A stretch of DNA of 63,716 bases, the filler included, from Thraustochytrium aureum (lineage: Eukaryota): NCBI GenBank assembly GCA_012862495.1. It is 8 parts of 5 records of this genome, joined end to end, with 100 filler letters (N's around TTAATTAATTAA, not from the genome) between each part and the next. Parts side by side here need not be neighbours in the genome. Positions count along the whole stretch, not along the records: positions 32,973 to 36,720 come from BLSG01000175.1; positions 36,821 to 49,344 come from BLSG01000176.1; 6 more parts are not named here. The stretch is one strand, 5' to 3'. Made by a program: the position numbers and the translations under genes. The notes beneath the pieces are model-generated. The model saw only the letters and a program-made list of their open reading frames with translations, made no database searches and was not told where the DNA came from. Shown piece after piece: positions 34,848 to 46,900 of the stretch (the stretch's first letter is position 1; each line of letters opens with the position of its first letter).

Positions 34848-35347
34848 ATGGCGGGCCTGATCCCGCCGCTCAACTACGGCCTCGTTGAGGAGGACCTGCA
34901 CCGGTCCGGGCAGCCCAACGAGATGAACCTGAGGTTTATCGAGCGGCTCGGCCTGCGCAAGGTGATCTACTTGTCGCCCGACGACCCGGACCTGGTGTTT
35001 TTGCACTTTCTGGAGGACAACGGAATAGAGCTGCTCCACCTGGGCGTGAACGAGTCGACGCGGTCACCCTGGGCGCCCATCTCCGAGGAAACTGTGCTCG
35101 AGTCGCTTCGGGTCATTCTGGACCGCAGCTCTACCCATTGCTCGCCTGTGACCACCAGGGCTCACACCGCGTGGGCACCGTGCTTGGGTGCTTGCGCAAG
35201 GCGCAGCGTTGGAGCTTGACGTCTACGTTTGAGGAGTACCGCCGATATGCTGGCAGCAAGGTCCGCCTGGCTAACGAGCAGTTTATTGAGCTGTTCGACA
35301 CGGACCTGGTCGATGTGCCGCCCGACCCGCCGGCCTGGTTCCATTGA
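34848..35347 (+). CDS. Siw14/OCA-family (PFA-DSP) phosphatase-like protein; frameshift near 35130
   Basis: LIPPLNYGLVEEDLHRSGQP, FIERLGLRKVIYLS, then YPLLACDHQGSHRVGTVLGCLRKAQRWSLTSTFEEYRRYAG...NEQFIELFD. Confidence 0.88.
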
Positions 35348-35574
35348 TGCTCTTTGTGCGCCGCTCTGTCCGAGTGGGTGCGGCTGCGGGTGTGCTCCAC
35401 CTCCAGCCTGCCTCTCTCTACTACTAGAGCTCTAGCGAGCTAGTTGAGTGCTGCTGGGTCCGTCGTGCCCGCGAGAGGGGCAGGTTGTTTTCGACGCCGT
35501 GCGAGGCCCAGGAATCGAGGAATTGTGCGAGCGATCCCTTTACTTCAATAAAACGCGACAGCTTGTATTGTTTT

Positions 35575-36720
35575 CTAAAAGCGCTCGTTGATCATGTTCT
35601 GGACCGCTTGTTCTCGGTCCCAAGCCAGCGGGTGAGACTGCTCGGTCGCGTTCGGGTCTTCCTTCCAAATCTTGATGCTCTTGTCTGCTTCGCAGGTGAT
35701 GAGCCGCGTGCCGGTCATATCGAACGCAGAAGCCAACACGCAGGCCTCGCTGTCGAGCGACCCCGGTTGCGGCGTGGTCCGCGTATCGAAGAAGCAGTGG
35801 CCGCTCTGCCAATCCCAGAACCGCATCGTCCCATCGTCCCCGCCCGAAAAGAGCACATTGGAGCTGTTCACGGCAAGCGTGTTGACGATTGCGTCGTGGC
35901 CGCACAAGTTGAGCATGAGGCGGCCCGTCTTGCACTCCCATTTCTTGATCATGTCGGCAGCGCCTGAGGCGAACGAGAATTCGCGCGGGTTTCGAGCGAG
36001 CGCACGCACGCCCTTCGAGTGGTGCGTCAGCGTCGTGAGGCACCGCCCGGCGGCCAGGTCCCAGAGCTTGATGGTCTTGTCCATGGAGCCTGTAATGATC
36101 TGCGGGTCGGCCGCCTGCACGATCAAGCTCTCCACTGTGGCCTGGTGGCCGGTGAGCACGAAGGCCTCTTGACGCGTTCGCACGTCCCAGACGCGGCAGC
36201 TTCCGTCGCGCGATCCGGACACGACGACGTCCAGCTTGGGGTGCGTCGCCACGCACGCCACGCTCTGCAAATGGCCGTGGTAACTGCGCACGACCTTGTT
36301 TGTCTCCAGGTCCCAGCACTTGAGCGTCTTGTCGTCGCCTGCACTAAACAGGTATGGCGAGCGCTCGCTCACGGCGAGGCCGCCCACGCCGTGAGAGTGG
36401 CCTGTAAGGGTCAGCTTGAGGCGGCCCGAGGCCAGATCCCAGCACTTTATGGTGCGGTCGTTGGACCCCGTGAAGAAGAACTGGTTGCTCGGGTCGACGG
36501 CCACGCAGCGCACCCAGCCCACGTGGCCCGCGATCACCTTGCTCAGGAGCCATGGCGCGTGCCATGTCGGCCGAACCGGCTCGGGCGCCTTTCGTCGCAC
36601 CTCAAGTGCGCGCGACTGCTCCTCGGCCAGCTCTGGCGCGCCCATTCGCACGAGCGCGGCGTTGCGCTTTTCCTTGGCGTTGCCAGCGGCGACGATCGCG
36701 AGCGACGCGGCAGCGCCATC
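35575..36720 (-). CDS. PLRG1: PLRG1/Prp46 WD40 splicing factor; 5'-truncated at scaffold edge
   Basis: [86 protein letters not shown]. Confidence 0.95.
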   Translation of the reverse strand, partial: DGAAASLAIVAAGNAKEKRNAALVRMGAPELAEEQSRALEVRRKAPEPVRPTWHAPWLLSKVIAGHVGWVRCVAVDPSNQFFFTGSNDRTIKCWDLASGRLKLTLTGHSHGVGGLAVSERSPYLFSAGDDKTLKCWDLETNKVVRSYHGHLQSVACVATHPKLDVVVSGSRDGSCRVWDVRTRQEAFVLTGHQATVESLIVQAADPQIITGSMDKTIKLWDLAAGRCLTTLTHHSKGVRALARNPREFSFASGAADMIKKWECKTGRLMLNLCGHDAIVNTLAVNSSNVLFSGGDDGTMRFWDWQSGHCFFDTRTTPQPGSLDSEACVLASAFDMTGTRLITCEADKSIKIWKEDPNATEQSHPLAWDREQAVQNMINERF

Positions 36721-36820
36721 NNNNNNNNNNNNNNNNNNNNNNNNNNNNNNNNNNNNNNNNNNNNTTAATTAATTAANNNNNNNNNNNNNNNNNNNNNNNN
36801 NNNNNNNNNNNNNNNNNNNN
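36721..36820. other. Artificial scaffold spacer
   Basis: TTAATTAATTAA at 36765-36776. Confidence 0.97.
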
Positions 36821-37012
36821 TGTTCCTCCCAGCGCGTCCTCCAGAAGATCTCCCGCGGCCCTGCCCCCGTGCGCCGCCTGCGCAGGCTGCTGGACGCGGA
36901 GCGCCACGGCGCGTTTGACGACCTCTTCAGCCGCGGCCTCTATCCACGGCGCGAGTGCACCGTCCACCAACCCATTTTCCGAGCTAGAAGCGTCTTGGAC
37001 AATCGCCGCCAT
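36821..37012 (-). CDS. 5' fragment of a hypothetical protein, divergent from the NACHT gene
   Basis: ATG at 37012, MAAIVQDASSSENGLVDGALAPWIEAAAEEVVKRAV..., open to the scaffold edge. Confidence 0.45.
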
Positions 37013-37992
37013 CCCTAAGCCGCTCCAACGAACCGCAACCGCCGCCGCCTGGTCTCCGAGCCGCTACAACTCAGCTCTACCCTATCGCCGCCGCGCGATC
37101 GCCACGCCGCCCGCGACAATCAATCCGTCGCGCGGCTCGCGGGATTGGCGCCGGATGCGCGCCCAAAAATTCAAAAAATCGTCCAAAATCCGTCGAAATC
37201 CGCTCGAAATCCTCCAAAACGTCTCGCGCGCACCCCTGCAAACCCGCACGCGCAAGGCAAGCAGCCAGCCGCAGAGTCCAGGCAGGCAGGCGCACGGGCC
37301 CCGCGCGGTCGCCCTCGCCGCCTCGCGCTCGAGAACTGCAACTCGGAGCTCTGCACGCACACAAGGTGAGCAGGCAGCCCGATGCTGGGCTGGCGTGGAG
37401 GCGCCCTGGTGTTCAACGGATAGGTTTCGTGCATGATTCGTGCCGTGCGTGGCATTGGAGGCCCCGTTCGCGGCACGGCTCGGGGCGACCGGGCTTGGAC
37501 GCGTGGCCACAAGGCCGTGCAAGGACTGGCAACGACCTGTGCATTCGGTTTGGCTTGGCTTGGACGCCTGAGCCCGTGACGGGACACGATTGCCGGTTTT
37601 TTTGACGGCAAGTTTTGGGTCGGTTTTTCAACTCTTGCGGATTGAGAGCGGTTGGACGTTCGACGCTCTTTGTGGACGCTGACTGGCTGCTTGGCGCTTG
37701 CGCAGGTGGAGAGCGGCTGGCGAACGGTACTCACTGATGAATGCTTGGTGGTGTGTGTGAGCGAGCCTCAACCTGCGAGTTGGTGGAGGGGCCGAAGTGG
37801 CCGATGTGGTTTCGGCTTTTGGTGATTGTGCTTTCGTTCGAGGCCTCGCTGCGCGTCTTGGCCGTGGACAAGGTCTGAAACGACAGTGCGTGATCAGGGG
37901 AGCGCTGCGCCTGCGTAGCGCACCAACTCGAGACGGGCGCAGGTGGACAGTGTCGGGCGGCCACGGTGCTCGCCGCGACAACAACGCCAACG

Positions 37993-40900
37993 ATGTCCAA
38001 GCCGCCGAGCTTCAGGAACAGGGCAAGAAGCGCAGGGACGAGCAGGCAACAGCAACAGCCGCTGGTGCTGAACGCGAGCAAGCCGCCGCAGAGGAATGCG
38101 GCGGCGGTGGCGCTCGCAGCGCAGTCGCCGCGCCTGGCGCGGGCCACCTATGAGGGCGAGGCGCCAGCTGTGGTGCTCACCGCAAAGGCGCAAGAGCAGA
38201 TTTTGGAAGCCTCGTCTGCCTTTGACGTAGCGATGGTGATCGGTCGAACGATCGCCGGCCTCGACGATGGCGAGCGAGCGATTCAGATCAGAGATGGTAG
38301 CGACTTTTCCTCTCAAGGCGCCTTCGAGCGTTGGCTGAACGACAATGGGCTGAGCACGTTGCGGTGGGGCCAGGTCAAAACAAAGCCAGTGTCCGCCTTG
38401 TACAGCGAAATCAAGTCGATGGTCAGCGTATTGGTGCTCGAGCCGGTCTCGTCGTCCAGGCACGGCAAGTCCGCTGGGTCTCCAACGTCGAGCCCGAGGA
38501 GTCCGCGAAACGAGGGCGCAGTTCGGCCCAGCAGTCGAGCTTCTTCGGTATCGGGCAAGATCGACCCGTTGACCAACCGGCTGCGCGATGGCGCAGAGCC
38601 AGGTACGCACCGCGTGGTCCGCTATGTCCGTGTCGTGCGCGCGAAATTGCGCCAAGTCGCCGAGCGAGGCCGTGTCCGGTACCTGCTGGAAGCATCGCAG
38701 GAGCTGGGGAGCACAGGTCAGATTAGGTATCGCAACTTGCTTCTCTCCTCCGTCTTGCGGCGCGGGGAAAACGTCTTTAACGGCGCCAAGCGCAGCGTTG
38801 AGAAGGAAATGCAAAACATCGCTGGGGATCCGACGCGATGCATCTCGCGAAAGTCGGTCACAATCCCGAGGCGCGACCGCATTGCCGTGTCTATTGAGGA
38901 CAAGGAGAGCCCCTCGTTTCCTGGCCTGGTGACGCGCTACGTGCTGTATACCGTGGACGTCGCGGTTGAGAACAAGCTGCCCACGACAAGCTTTTGCACC
39001 ACCGAGTTCCTGGCGACGGGCCACGTCGCTGTCAAACATTATTGGAAGTGGAAAACGCGCAGCGAGATCGATGACATCCTCTATAACACGCAGCCCGCTG
39101 CCGTGCCCGCTCTAAGCGCCATGCGGAGCGCATTTGAGGACCGGAAAGACCAAGCAGCAGGCGCAGCGCAAGCCGTCCTCTACGACCTCACTGACGACGA
39201 CTTTCGTCCGCTCCTGCCAGTGCCAGTGCTAAAGCAAGCCCTGCGCTCCTGGGGCTTCTCCGCCTCGGAGGCGCAGATCGTCATTGCCAACGCGGCCGCG
39301 GCCATGCTCGATGGCGGCACCGCTGATGGTCGCCAGCAGGACGAAGAAGGCAAGGGCGACGAGGTGGACTCTGCCGACGCTCTAGAGAGCCGCGTAGAAG
39401 GCGTCTCAAAGGACGTTGTGCAGACCGTCGTCGCTCCGGCGGTGCGAGAGCTGCTCATTGCGGGCAAGCACGAGCTCGTCCAGGCAATGCTGGCCGCTGG
39501 AGACCCAAGCCTCCAAGAGTCGATCCACGAGCATCTTGAGGTGCTCGTGCGTCTCTTCCCAGGCTGCTCGCGGATATTTCCCAAAGTTCTCCACGGGGGC
39601 TTTTCCGGCTCGTTTGTCCTGCAAGTGCAGGCCACTGCGCCAAGCTGCCCGCAGGACCCAACAGTCGTCAAGCTGGACAACAGGGCTTCGATGCGAAACG
39701 AGCTGCGCAGCTACCACCGCCTCTCACCGTACATGGGCGACTGCGCCCCGGCGATCTTGGAGGCTGATGTAGATCAAGATCCGAGCAATGGCTTCTCCAT
39801 CGGCGGCCTCAAGTTCGAGCTGGTCGGCGCCGTGTGGATGCTTCCAGACTTTCGCCACACAAGTGCAGGTACCAGCGCCAACTTGCTCAACACGTTCAAA
39901 ACGCTATTCCTGCACGAGCTACAGCATGAGACGCGCGCGCTTCAAGCCCATTTGCTTGGCCGACTTGGCGTCCGGAAAGCTGCATTCCCACGTGCAGAGA
40001 CGCAACTCTCTATTGTCCAGGGCCACGCACGGCGCCAGGGCCCACGTAGATCCGTGACTGTGTCCTCGCTCCCCAGTCCAGGCGACATAGCGATACGCGC
40101 TGCTCCTGGCTTGGACGAACGAGCCCACACCAGACGCGCCAGGAACGACGGGGAGGTCGACCGCGATCTGATTTCTGAGACGAAGGGCGAAGCGGAGGAA
40201 GAGGCAGACCTTGAAGCAGGCCAAGTTGCCCCTTCTGAAGCAGATGCGGATGTTGACGACGGCCTCGAGGTGAAGGATGTTTTTGGCCAAGTGCACCTCG
40301 TCTTGAAGGAGGTTTTCGGGGAGATCATGCGCAAGACCACGATGTCATCGAGAAAGCTTCACAAGTGCAACCTGCTGAACAAGTACAGAATCTGCGACCT
40401 CGTGAAGCGCGAAATCTTGCAGACCTCCCCAGTTCACAAGCTGCCGTCAACGCGCATCAACATCGAGGCGCACGACCAGGACCGCTCCATTCGCCGCCTT
40501 TTCGAGAGGCTCTTGGAGCTTGTAGAGTCCACCGGAGCAAGCCAGGCCGAGCACTCTTATGCATTCGGGCTGGTCCACGCCGACCTTAATGGGCAAAACA
40601 TTCTGATCGACAGCCAGGACATTGTGTGGGTGATCGACTTTGCCTTTTCCGGAAAAGGGCACGTACTCGAGGACATCCTCAAGCTCGAGTCGTGCATACT
40701 CTTCGAGTACCTCACCTTGGAAAACGATGACGAGCTCGAGATGGCCAAGACCATCGCAGACGCTCTCATCCACGTCGCTGACCTGCGCGAGCAGATACAA
40801 TGCGAAACGATGATGCTCGACGAGGTTGCGGCGGCAGCGGCGGCGCTCGGTGCCGACGACGGACAAGAACAAAACGAAGAGCAAAACGAAGAGCAAGAGG

Positions 40901-43900
40901 AAGACGACGCGTATGAATCAGCCGAAAAGGCAAGGGCAGGAGCTGCAAGTCCAGTGTGCGGTGCAAGTTCAGAAAGCGCGCAGTTGGCGACGTCGAGAGC
41001 CCGGATGCGCTTTGTTTGGGACTCGGTCAAGCGGCTGCGAATGTATGCAGGCAACTACTGCAGCCTCGATCCAGAGCCGATGCAGATGGTCCTCGGCATG
41101 CTTCACTTTGCTCTCCGTGCACTCCACTTTAGGGACCTCTCGGACAAACGACTTCCCCTCTACGTTGCAGAAGAGTGCGCCAAGGTTCTTGTCGACGCGC
41201 TGGAGACCAAGGGATCGCTCAAAGCGGACGCCGACGAGGACCGCGCAGTGAGCAACAACGTGAGAATCATGAACATGTACCTCTCACCAGACGAGCTCGA
41301 GTACGAGAAGAAGCGCTACTTTCACGACGTGTTCGTGCGCGAGTCTTTCGTCATTGACGTCATCACGCGCGAGCGAGTGCAAATTGCCGAGCAAACCGTT
41401 GAGCTAGAGCTTGTTGACGCAGGGTCGCGCGACCAAATCCTCGAGCACGACCTCGACGTGGATGATATCCAGTCACAGCGCCGGCTGCAGAGGCGCCTTG
41501 ACGCGCTGCAGGGCGTTATGAGCCACAACCCCGCGGCGGGCCGGACGCCAGATGCTTCTGCGGCGCGCTTCACCTCGGCGATGCAAGTGCTGGGAGACCA
41601 CCGTCGCAAGGCGCACCGGGTTTTGCTAGGCGGGGCCGCCTCGGGCAAGTCGTGTCTGCTGCGCAAGATCCTTCTCTCGACCGTCCGGGAGCAGTCTGAT
41701 TCCCCGGAGGACGTGGTCCCTGTTCTAATTTTGTTGATCGACCTGGGCCGCCTCATGACGAAAATGAAGCTCACCGCTGCGGACGACTTGCTTGATCGAC
41801 ACCTCGAGAGCATTTGCGGCGAAGGGAGCGCCCGGCTGGCCTTCTTCCGGCAAGTGCGCCTCCAGGGCCGCCTCTCGCTCTTGCTCGATGGGCTCGACGA
41901 GGCTGGCGATCACAAGGCCGAGATCGAAAAGTACATTGCCAGGCTGAGCGAGACCGAGTCCCGCATCACCGTCTCTTCTCGCGTGACCGGGTTTAACGAT
42001 GCGGTGTTCCGCGAATTTCACTTTTACCAAGTCATGCCCCTCACGGTCAACATGCAAAACCAGATCATCGAGACACGACTGGGCAAGCTCCACCCCAGGC
42101 TGGCCATGATTAAGACAGAGTTGCGCAAGTTCCAGTACGCGGAGATTGTGCGCAACCCGCTGATGCTTTCGCTCCTCGTCTCGCTTCTCGCAAAGAAGAT
42201 CGACGACTCCGGGCGCTCTGGCGATTCTGTGGGTAGCGGAGCAGGGGGCAGAGACGCACTGGGATCGGCGACCGCGCTCAGCACCCATCGCGCTCCCCAG
42301 CATTACACACGTGCGTACCTCTACCAACATGCGCTGGACCAGTTGTTGCACCAGAGCTCGATGATCAAGTTTGGCATGCGGCGCGGCCTCGACGACAAGT
42401 TTGTTGAGCACTCGACCAAAGTGCTGGCAACCTCCATGTGCCGCAACTACCTCAAATGCCTGTCGTTTTCCGCGCACTCGCGCCGGATTCGGGACTTTAC
42501 CCCAGCGCTCCTCATCAAGATAGCTGACCAGCACGCAGCGAGTCCAATCTACTTTTCGTCCGCTGCGTCGTCGATCCAGGCGACCGCGCAAAGCCTGTAC
42601 GAAGTGATCAGCATCCTTCAGGCCGCGGTTTTTGACGGACGTTGTGGTCTGTTCGCAGTCAGCAAGGTCGCGGCNNNNNNNNNNNNNNNNNNNNNNNNNN
42701 NNNNNNNNNNNNNNNNNNNNNNNNNNNNNNNNNNNNNNNNNNNNNNNNNNNNNNNNNNNNNNNNNNNNNNNNNNNNNNNNNNNNNNNNNNNNNNNNNNNN
42801 NNNNNNNNNNNNNNNNNNNNNNNNNNNNNNNNNNNNNNNNNNNNNNNNNNNNNNNNNNNNNNNNNNNNNNNNNNNNNNNNNNNNNNNNNNNNNNNNNNNN
42901 NNNNNNNNNNNNNNNNNNNNNNNNNNNNNNNNNNNNNNNNNNNNNNNNNNNNNNNNNNNNNNNNNNNNNNNNNNNNNNNNNNNGCCAAATCACCCAGCTC
43001 GATGACCCGGCAACGCTTGCCGCATTCGAGGCCAGCATGCGCGACATCGGCCTCCTCGACAACGGGCCAGAGGGCCTCGTGTCCGACTCGGCCTCGCAGG
43101 TCTCCGGGCGCTCAGTGGACTTGCGCGCCGACCAACCGATGCTCAATGACCCATGGTGGCAAAGTGTTCTGATGGGCATGGCCGGCTCGATGTCAGCAGA
43201 GCTGTTCTACGCGTTCGCGAAGGTTTTGCTCGCCAAGCAAGACCCGACTGGTTCCAACGTTTTCCTGTGCCACGAAATGCTGGCCGAAGTGACCCCGTCC
43301 GCGTTCAAGGACGACTCGCTTCGCGGTAAGATCAACGACCTGATGCGCAAGGGGTTCAAGGACTACGTGAAAGAGGTTGACCTCGTCCGAGCTCTCATCC
43401 ACCCGTCGCGCCACCTGCAGCACCTTGCACTCACCGAAGTCCGCCGCTTCTACGACCCACTTCGCGCGGCCTACGGAATTGTGTTCGGCCCTGGAACGGA
43501 CCCTGAAGTGGTGCGCTCGCAGGCGGACCCGCCGACCTCACACCTTCTTAACGCGCCGTGGCACGTCAAAGTTGCCGCCGCCCAGGCCTTGGCACATCTG
43601 CACGAAGTCAAGCACGACCCTGCGGTGCTCGCCGTGCTCCTGGAGTTTTGGGGGGACAACAGTCCGCTGGTCCAGAAAGCAGCCGTAGAGGCAATCAAGG
43701 CCATTGGGGCAGAGTCGGAGAGGATCGTCATTCAAGAAGTGATTCGCCAGATGCGCGACGAGGTCGAGAGCTCGAACGGGCACGAACTCGTGGTCGCACT
43801 TGGGCTCCAGCACACTCTCATCGTCGAGGAGCTCCTCTCGCACACTGCCCTTCCTCCGGAGTTTTCGCTCAACGCTATCCAGACGCTCCGCCAGCTGGAC

Positions 43901-46900
43901 GACAGCGATGAAGTGACCGACTACATGTGCCGCGCTGTGGCGTACAGCCCGAGCGCGGCGATTCGCCGCCAAGCAGCAGAGCTAATTGTTTTGCGGTCCG
44001 AGGAGGGCGAAGCGCAGCACTCGGACAATGTGCAGTCCGCCTTCGTTCGATGGTTGTCGCACGACGACGCGGATATGGTCGTTGCCGCATGCGAGGCCGT
44101 GCAACAGCTCTGCATTCGCGGGCACATCGTTCGGAGCACGCTGCGCACTTTGATTCGTCCCGGGATGCAGGCAGAGCTGATTGAGGTTCGAACAGCTGCC
44201 CTTGACGCCATCTCCCTCATGCCGGGCACCCTCGAGGAATCGTGGTTTCAAGAAGCCGCCTTGGAGGGACTGCAAGACGCGCACCCCGTGCTTCGGGTGC
44301 AGGCGCTCCGCTTGATCGAGGCGATCATTCAGGCTCGAGCGGACGTTGTCGCTGGACTGGGAAAAGCCGACCCGGCCGCGGAGGGCGATGAGGGCTTGGG
44401 ACTGCCGCCGTTTCTCAACAGCGAAAGCTTAGTCGCTGCGATCCATGGGGCGCTCGAGAAAGATGGCGACCAGGGCGTTCAGTTGGCCGCGCTCCGCGTG
44501 CTCCATCGCCTCCCTACAGTCGGCACGGACGCCCTCCTCAACGTCGCAGAGGGTGCCTCCCACTCGAGCGCGCTCCGAGAAGCTGCTGTCCAAATGTGTG
44601 TCGAAGACCTTGACGGGGACGAGGAGCTCCAGCCTGGCTTGCTACAGGCCGCAGTCGGGGTGTTCAGTCGGCTGGTGGCTGCGCGGGGAGAGCTTTGCCT
44701 CGTTGCAATTGACGCGCTTGGAGCGATTGCTCGAATCAGCGACTTGGAAGAGCACGGGATAAGCCCGGTCGCGGTGCTCTCGCCAATGTTAGAGACTATT
44801 CTTCCTGTCCTCGCGGGCGCCGCAGAAGTGGAGACCGCTCAATCGCACGGAAGAGTCGAGATTCTTCAAGGGTTGGTGAGGCACGGAGACACTCTGCTTC
44901 GGTACCTTCCGCCAGAGCCCATCGACAGGGCCCTCTCAACCATTGTCTCTGTGCGCTTGAGCGGCAGCGTTTCAGACGACGGTCTGGAGGGGTCTGCATG
45001 GGGGCGGCTTTGCGAGCGCTCGGCGCAGCTGGCTGGAAGGTCGCGAGTCCTGCAAAGTGGTCCGAGTGGTACCAGGCTGCCTGCAGCGACGCCTTCAAGA
45101 GCGGGCTCCTTGCGGTTGCTCCGTCAGATCTCGGTGCCGTTCGAGACCTCGTTGCGCAAACAATCGTTCAGAAGGAAGCAGGCCGCGCGCTGCGGGCCAA
45201 GGCAGCCGTGACACTGTTTCGGAGCGAGTGCTGGGATCACCCGAGCGTTTGGGATGCTCTAGAGTCATGGGCAATGCACGAAACCGACCTCGCCACTCTC
45301 GCGGCGCTCGAAACGATACATGAGAACGGGATCAGCGGCCCATTTGTAAGGCGACTCGTGGAGCAAATAGCCGTCGGAAGAAAGGTGGCGCTCCGCCCGG
45401 CCCACTTGCGACGCAAGAACACGCAAGAGCGTATTTCCCTCGCACTTTTGAACTATGCGCAGTCCACTCCGCGCTCAACGCGGACAGGGGACGTGACCCA
45501 GCTTGTTCGCGACAAGCTTGTGGTCAATGAGTGTATTGCCAAGTCGATTGAGCAGATCATTCTGCATCCAAGCTCGCACTACAGCACGGACGAGATTCTA
45601 CGGCTCCTTGGAGGTTCGACAAGCCAGCAACTTGTCGCGTGCTTGGCGCTGTCAAAGCCCTCGCGCGAAGGGTCCTCGGAGGACGTTGCCATGGCCCTCT
45701 TCGGCTTGGTAAAAGACGCGTATGCGGAAAGCAGCAAGCAGGAGCAAGGTGGCGAGAACGAGCAGGGTGGTCGTGCAGCGGCCAAGACCCACGAGCCGAG
45801 CGGTGCTGCCCTGAGAGCCCGTCGCATCACGGAGGCCGCGGCAGAGCCTGATGAAGAGCAATACTGCGCAGGCAACGAACGAGACTCTGTCTTATCTAGC
45901 GCTCTGCACGCAATCCAGCATCGCTTCGCGAGAGCGCTCGAGTTCTCTGCCCAACTGGAAGCTCTCTTGCGGAGCCCGATTGCGGAGGTTCGCAAGTGCG
46001 CGCTCTGCTGCACTAGCGCTGCGGTTCACTCGGGCGGGATCGCGCTCGTTGAGGAGCTCGCACTACGCGACGCGAACGGGCACGTTCGCCTTGAGGCGGC
46101 TCGACTAGCGCTCGAGTGGCTCGCGAGCAAGAGCGATGGGCACAGCGAATGCTCAGACGTGGCGCGCCTCGAAGCGCTGCTTGATGCCCTCGTCGACCAG
46201 GTTGAGCAAGCAGAGCCCGCAAACGACAGAAACGGATTCTTCGTGGGATTCTTGGAGCTCCTGAGCAAGTCACCCAACGCACTCACATCCGGGCTCATCG
46301 CAAAGTTGTTTGCGATAGTGAGCACGAACAGCCAAGAGCACGTGCGGCGACAAGCAGCGCGCCTTCTGTCGAATACTCGGCTACGCCCGGCGCTCGGCGT
46401 CGACGAAATGCTTGGGCTCTGCTGCGAGTCTGACGAGGCGCGCCTCGCATGGGTCCGTCTTGCTGCCGCCTCGCTTGGCGGTGCGCAAACTGGGCAGCAT
46501 GACAAAGGCTCGATGGAAACGATCACGAGCGAACAGGGCGAGAGGCTTGTCGCGTTTGCAGCACAGCTGGTGAACGCTTGCATTGGAGGGCCGCCCATGC
46601 TCGGCGGCAACGCGTTGTCCCATGAGCAGGGCACGGCGCACTGCTAGACGCATCTCAAGACAGATCGATGCGCCAGCCGATCTCGGCGGCTTGCCTGCAA
46701 GTCCCGAAGGAGGCTGTTGGGCTCTTTGCGCGCCACTCGCTCAAGGCTCCATAGGGCTCCTCCAGCACATCCTCGAGTGCGCTACAAAAGTGGACGAAGC
46801 GCAGGAGGCGGCTCTGGCCAGCATTGACTACCTCCTGACATCCAGGCACGTGCGCTTGGACGTCGGGCTGCTTGGCTGCCTCGCTCAAATGGCGCTCGCC

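Noticed and set aside
37734..37878. Box C/D snoRNA (TGATGA...CTGA)
   Set aside because: No convincing terminal stem or recognisable rRNA guide; short boxes occur by chance.
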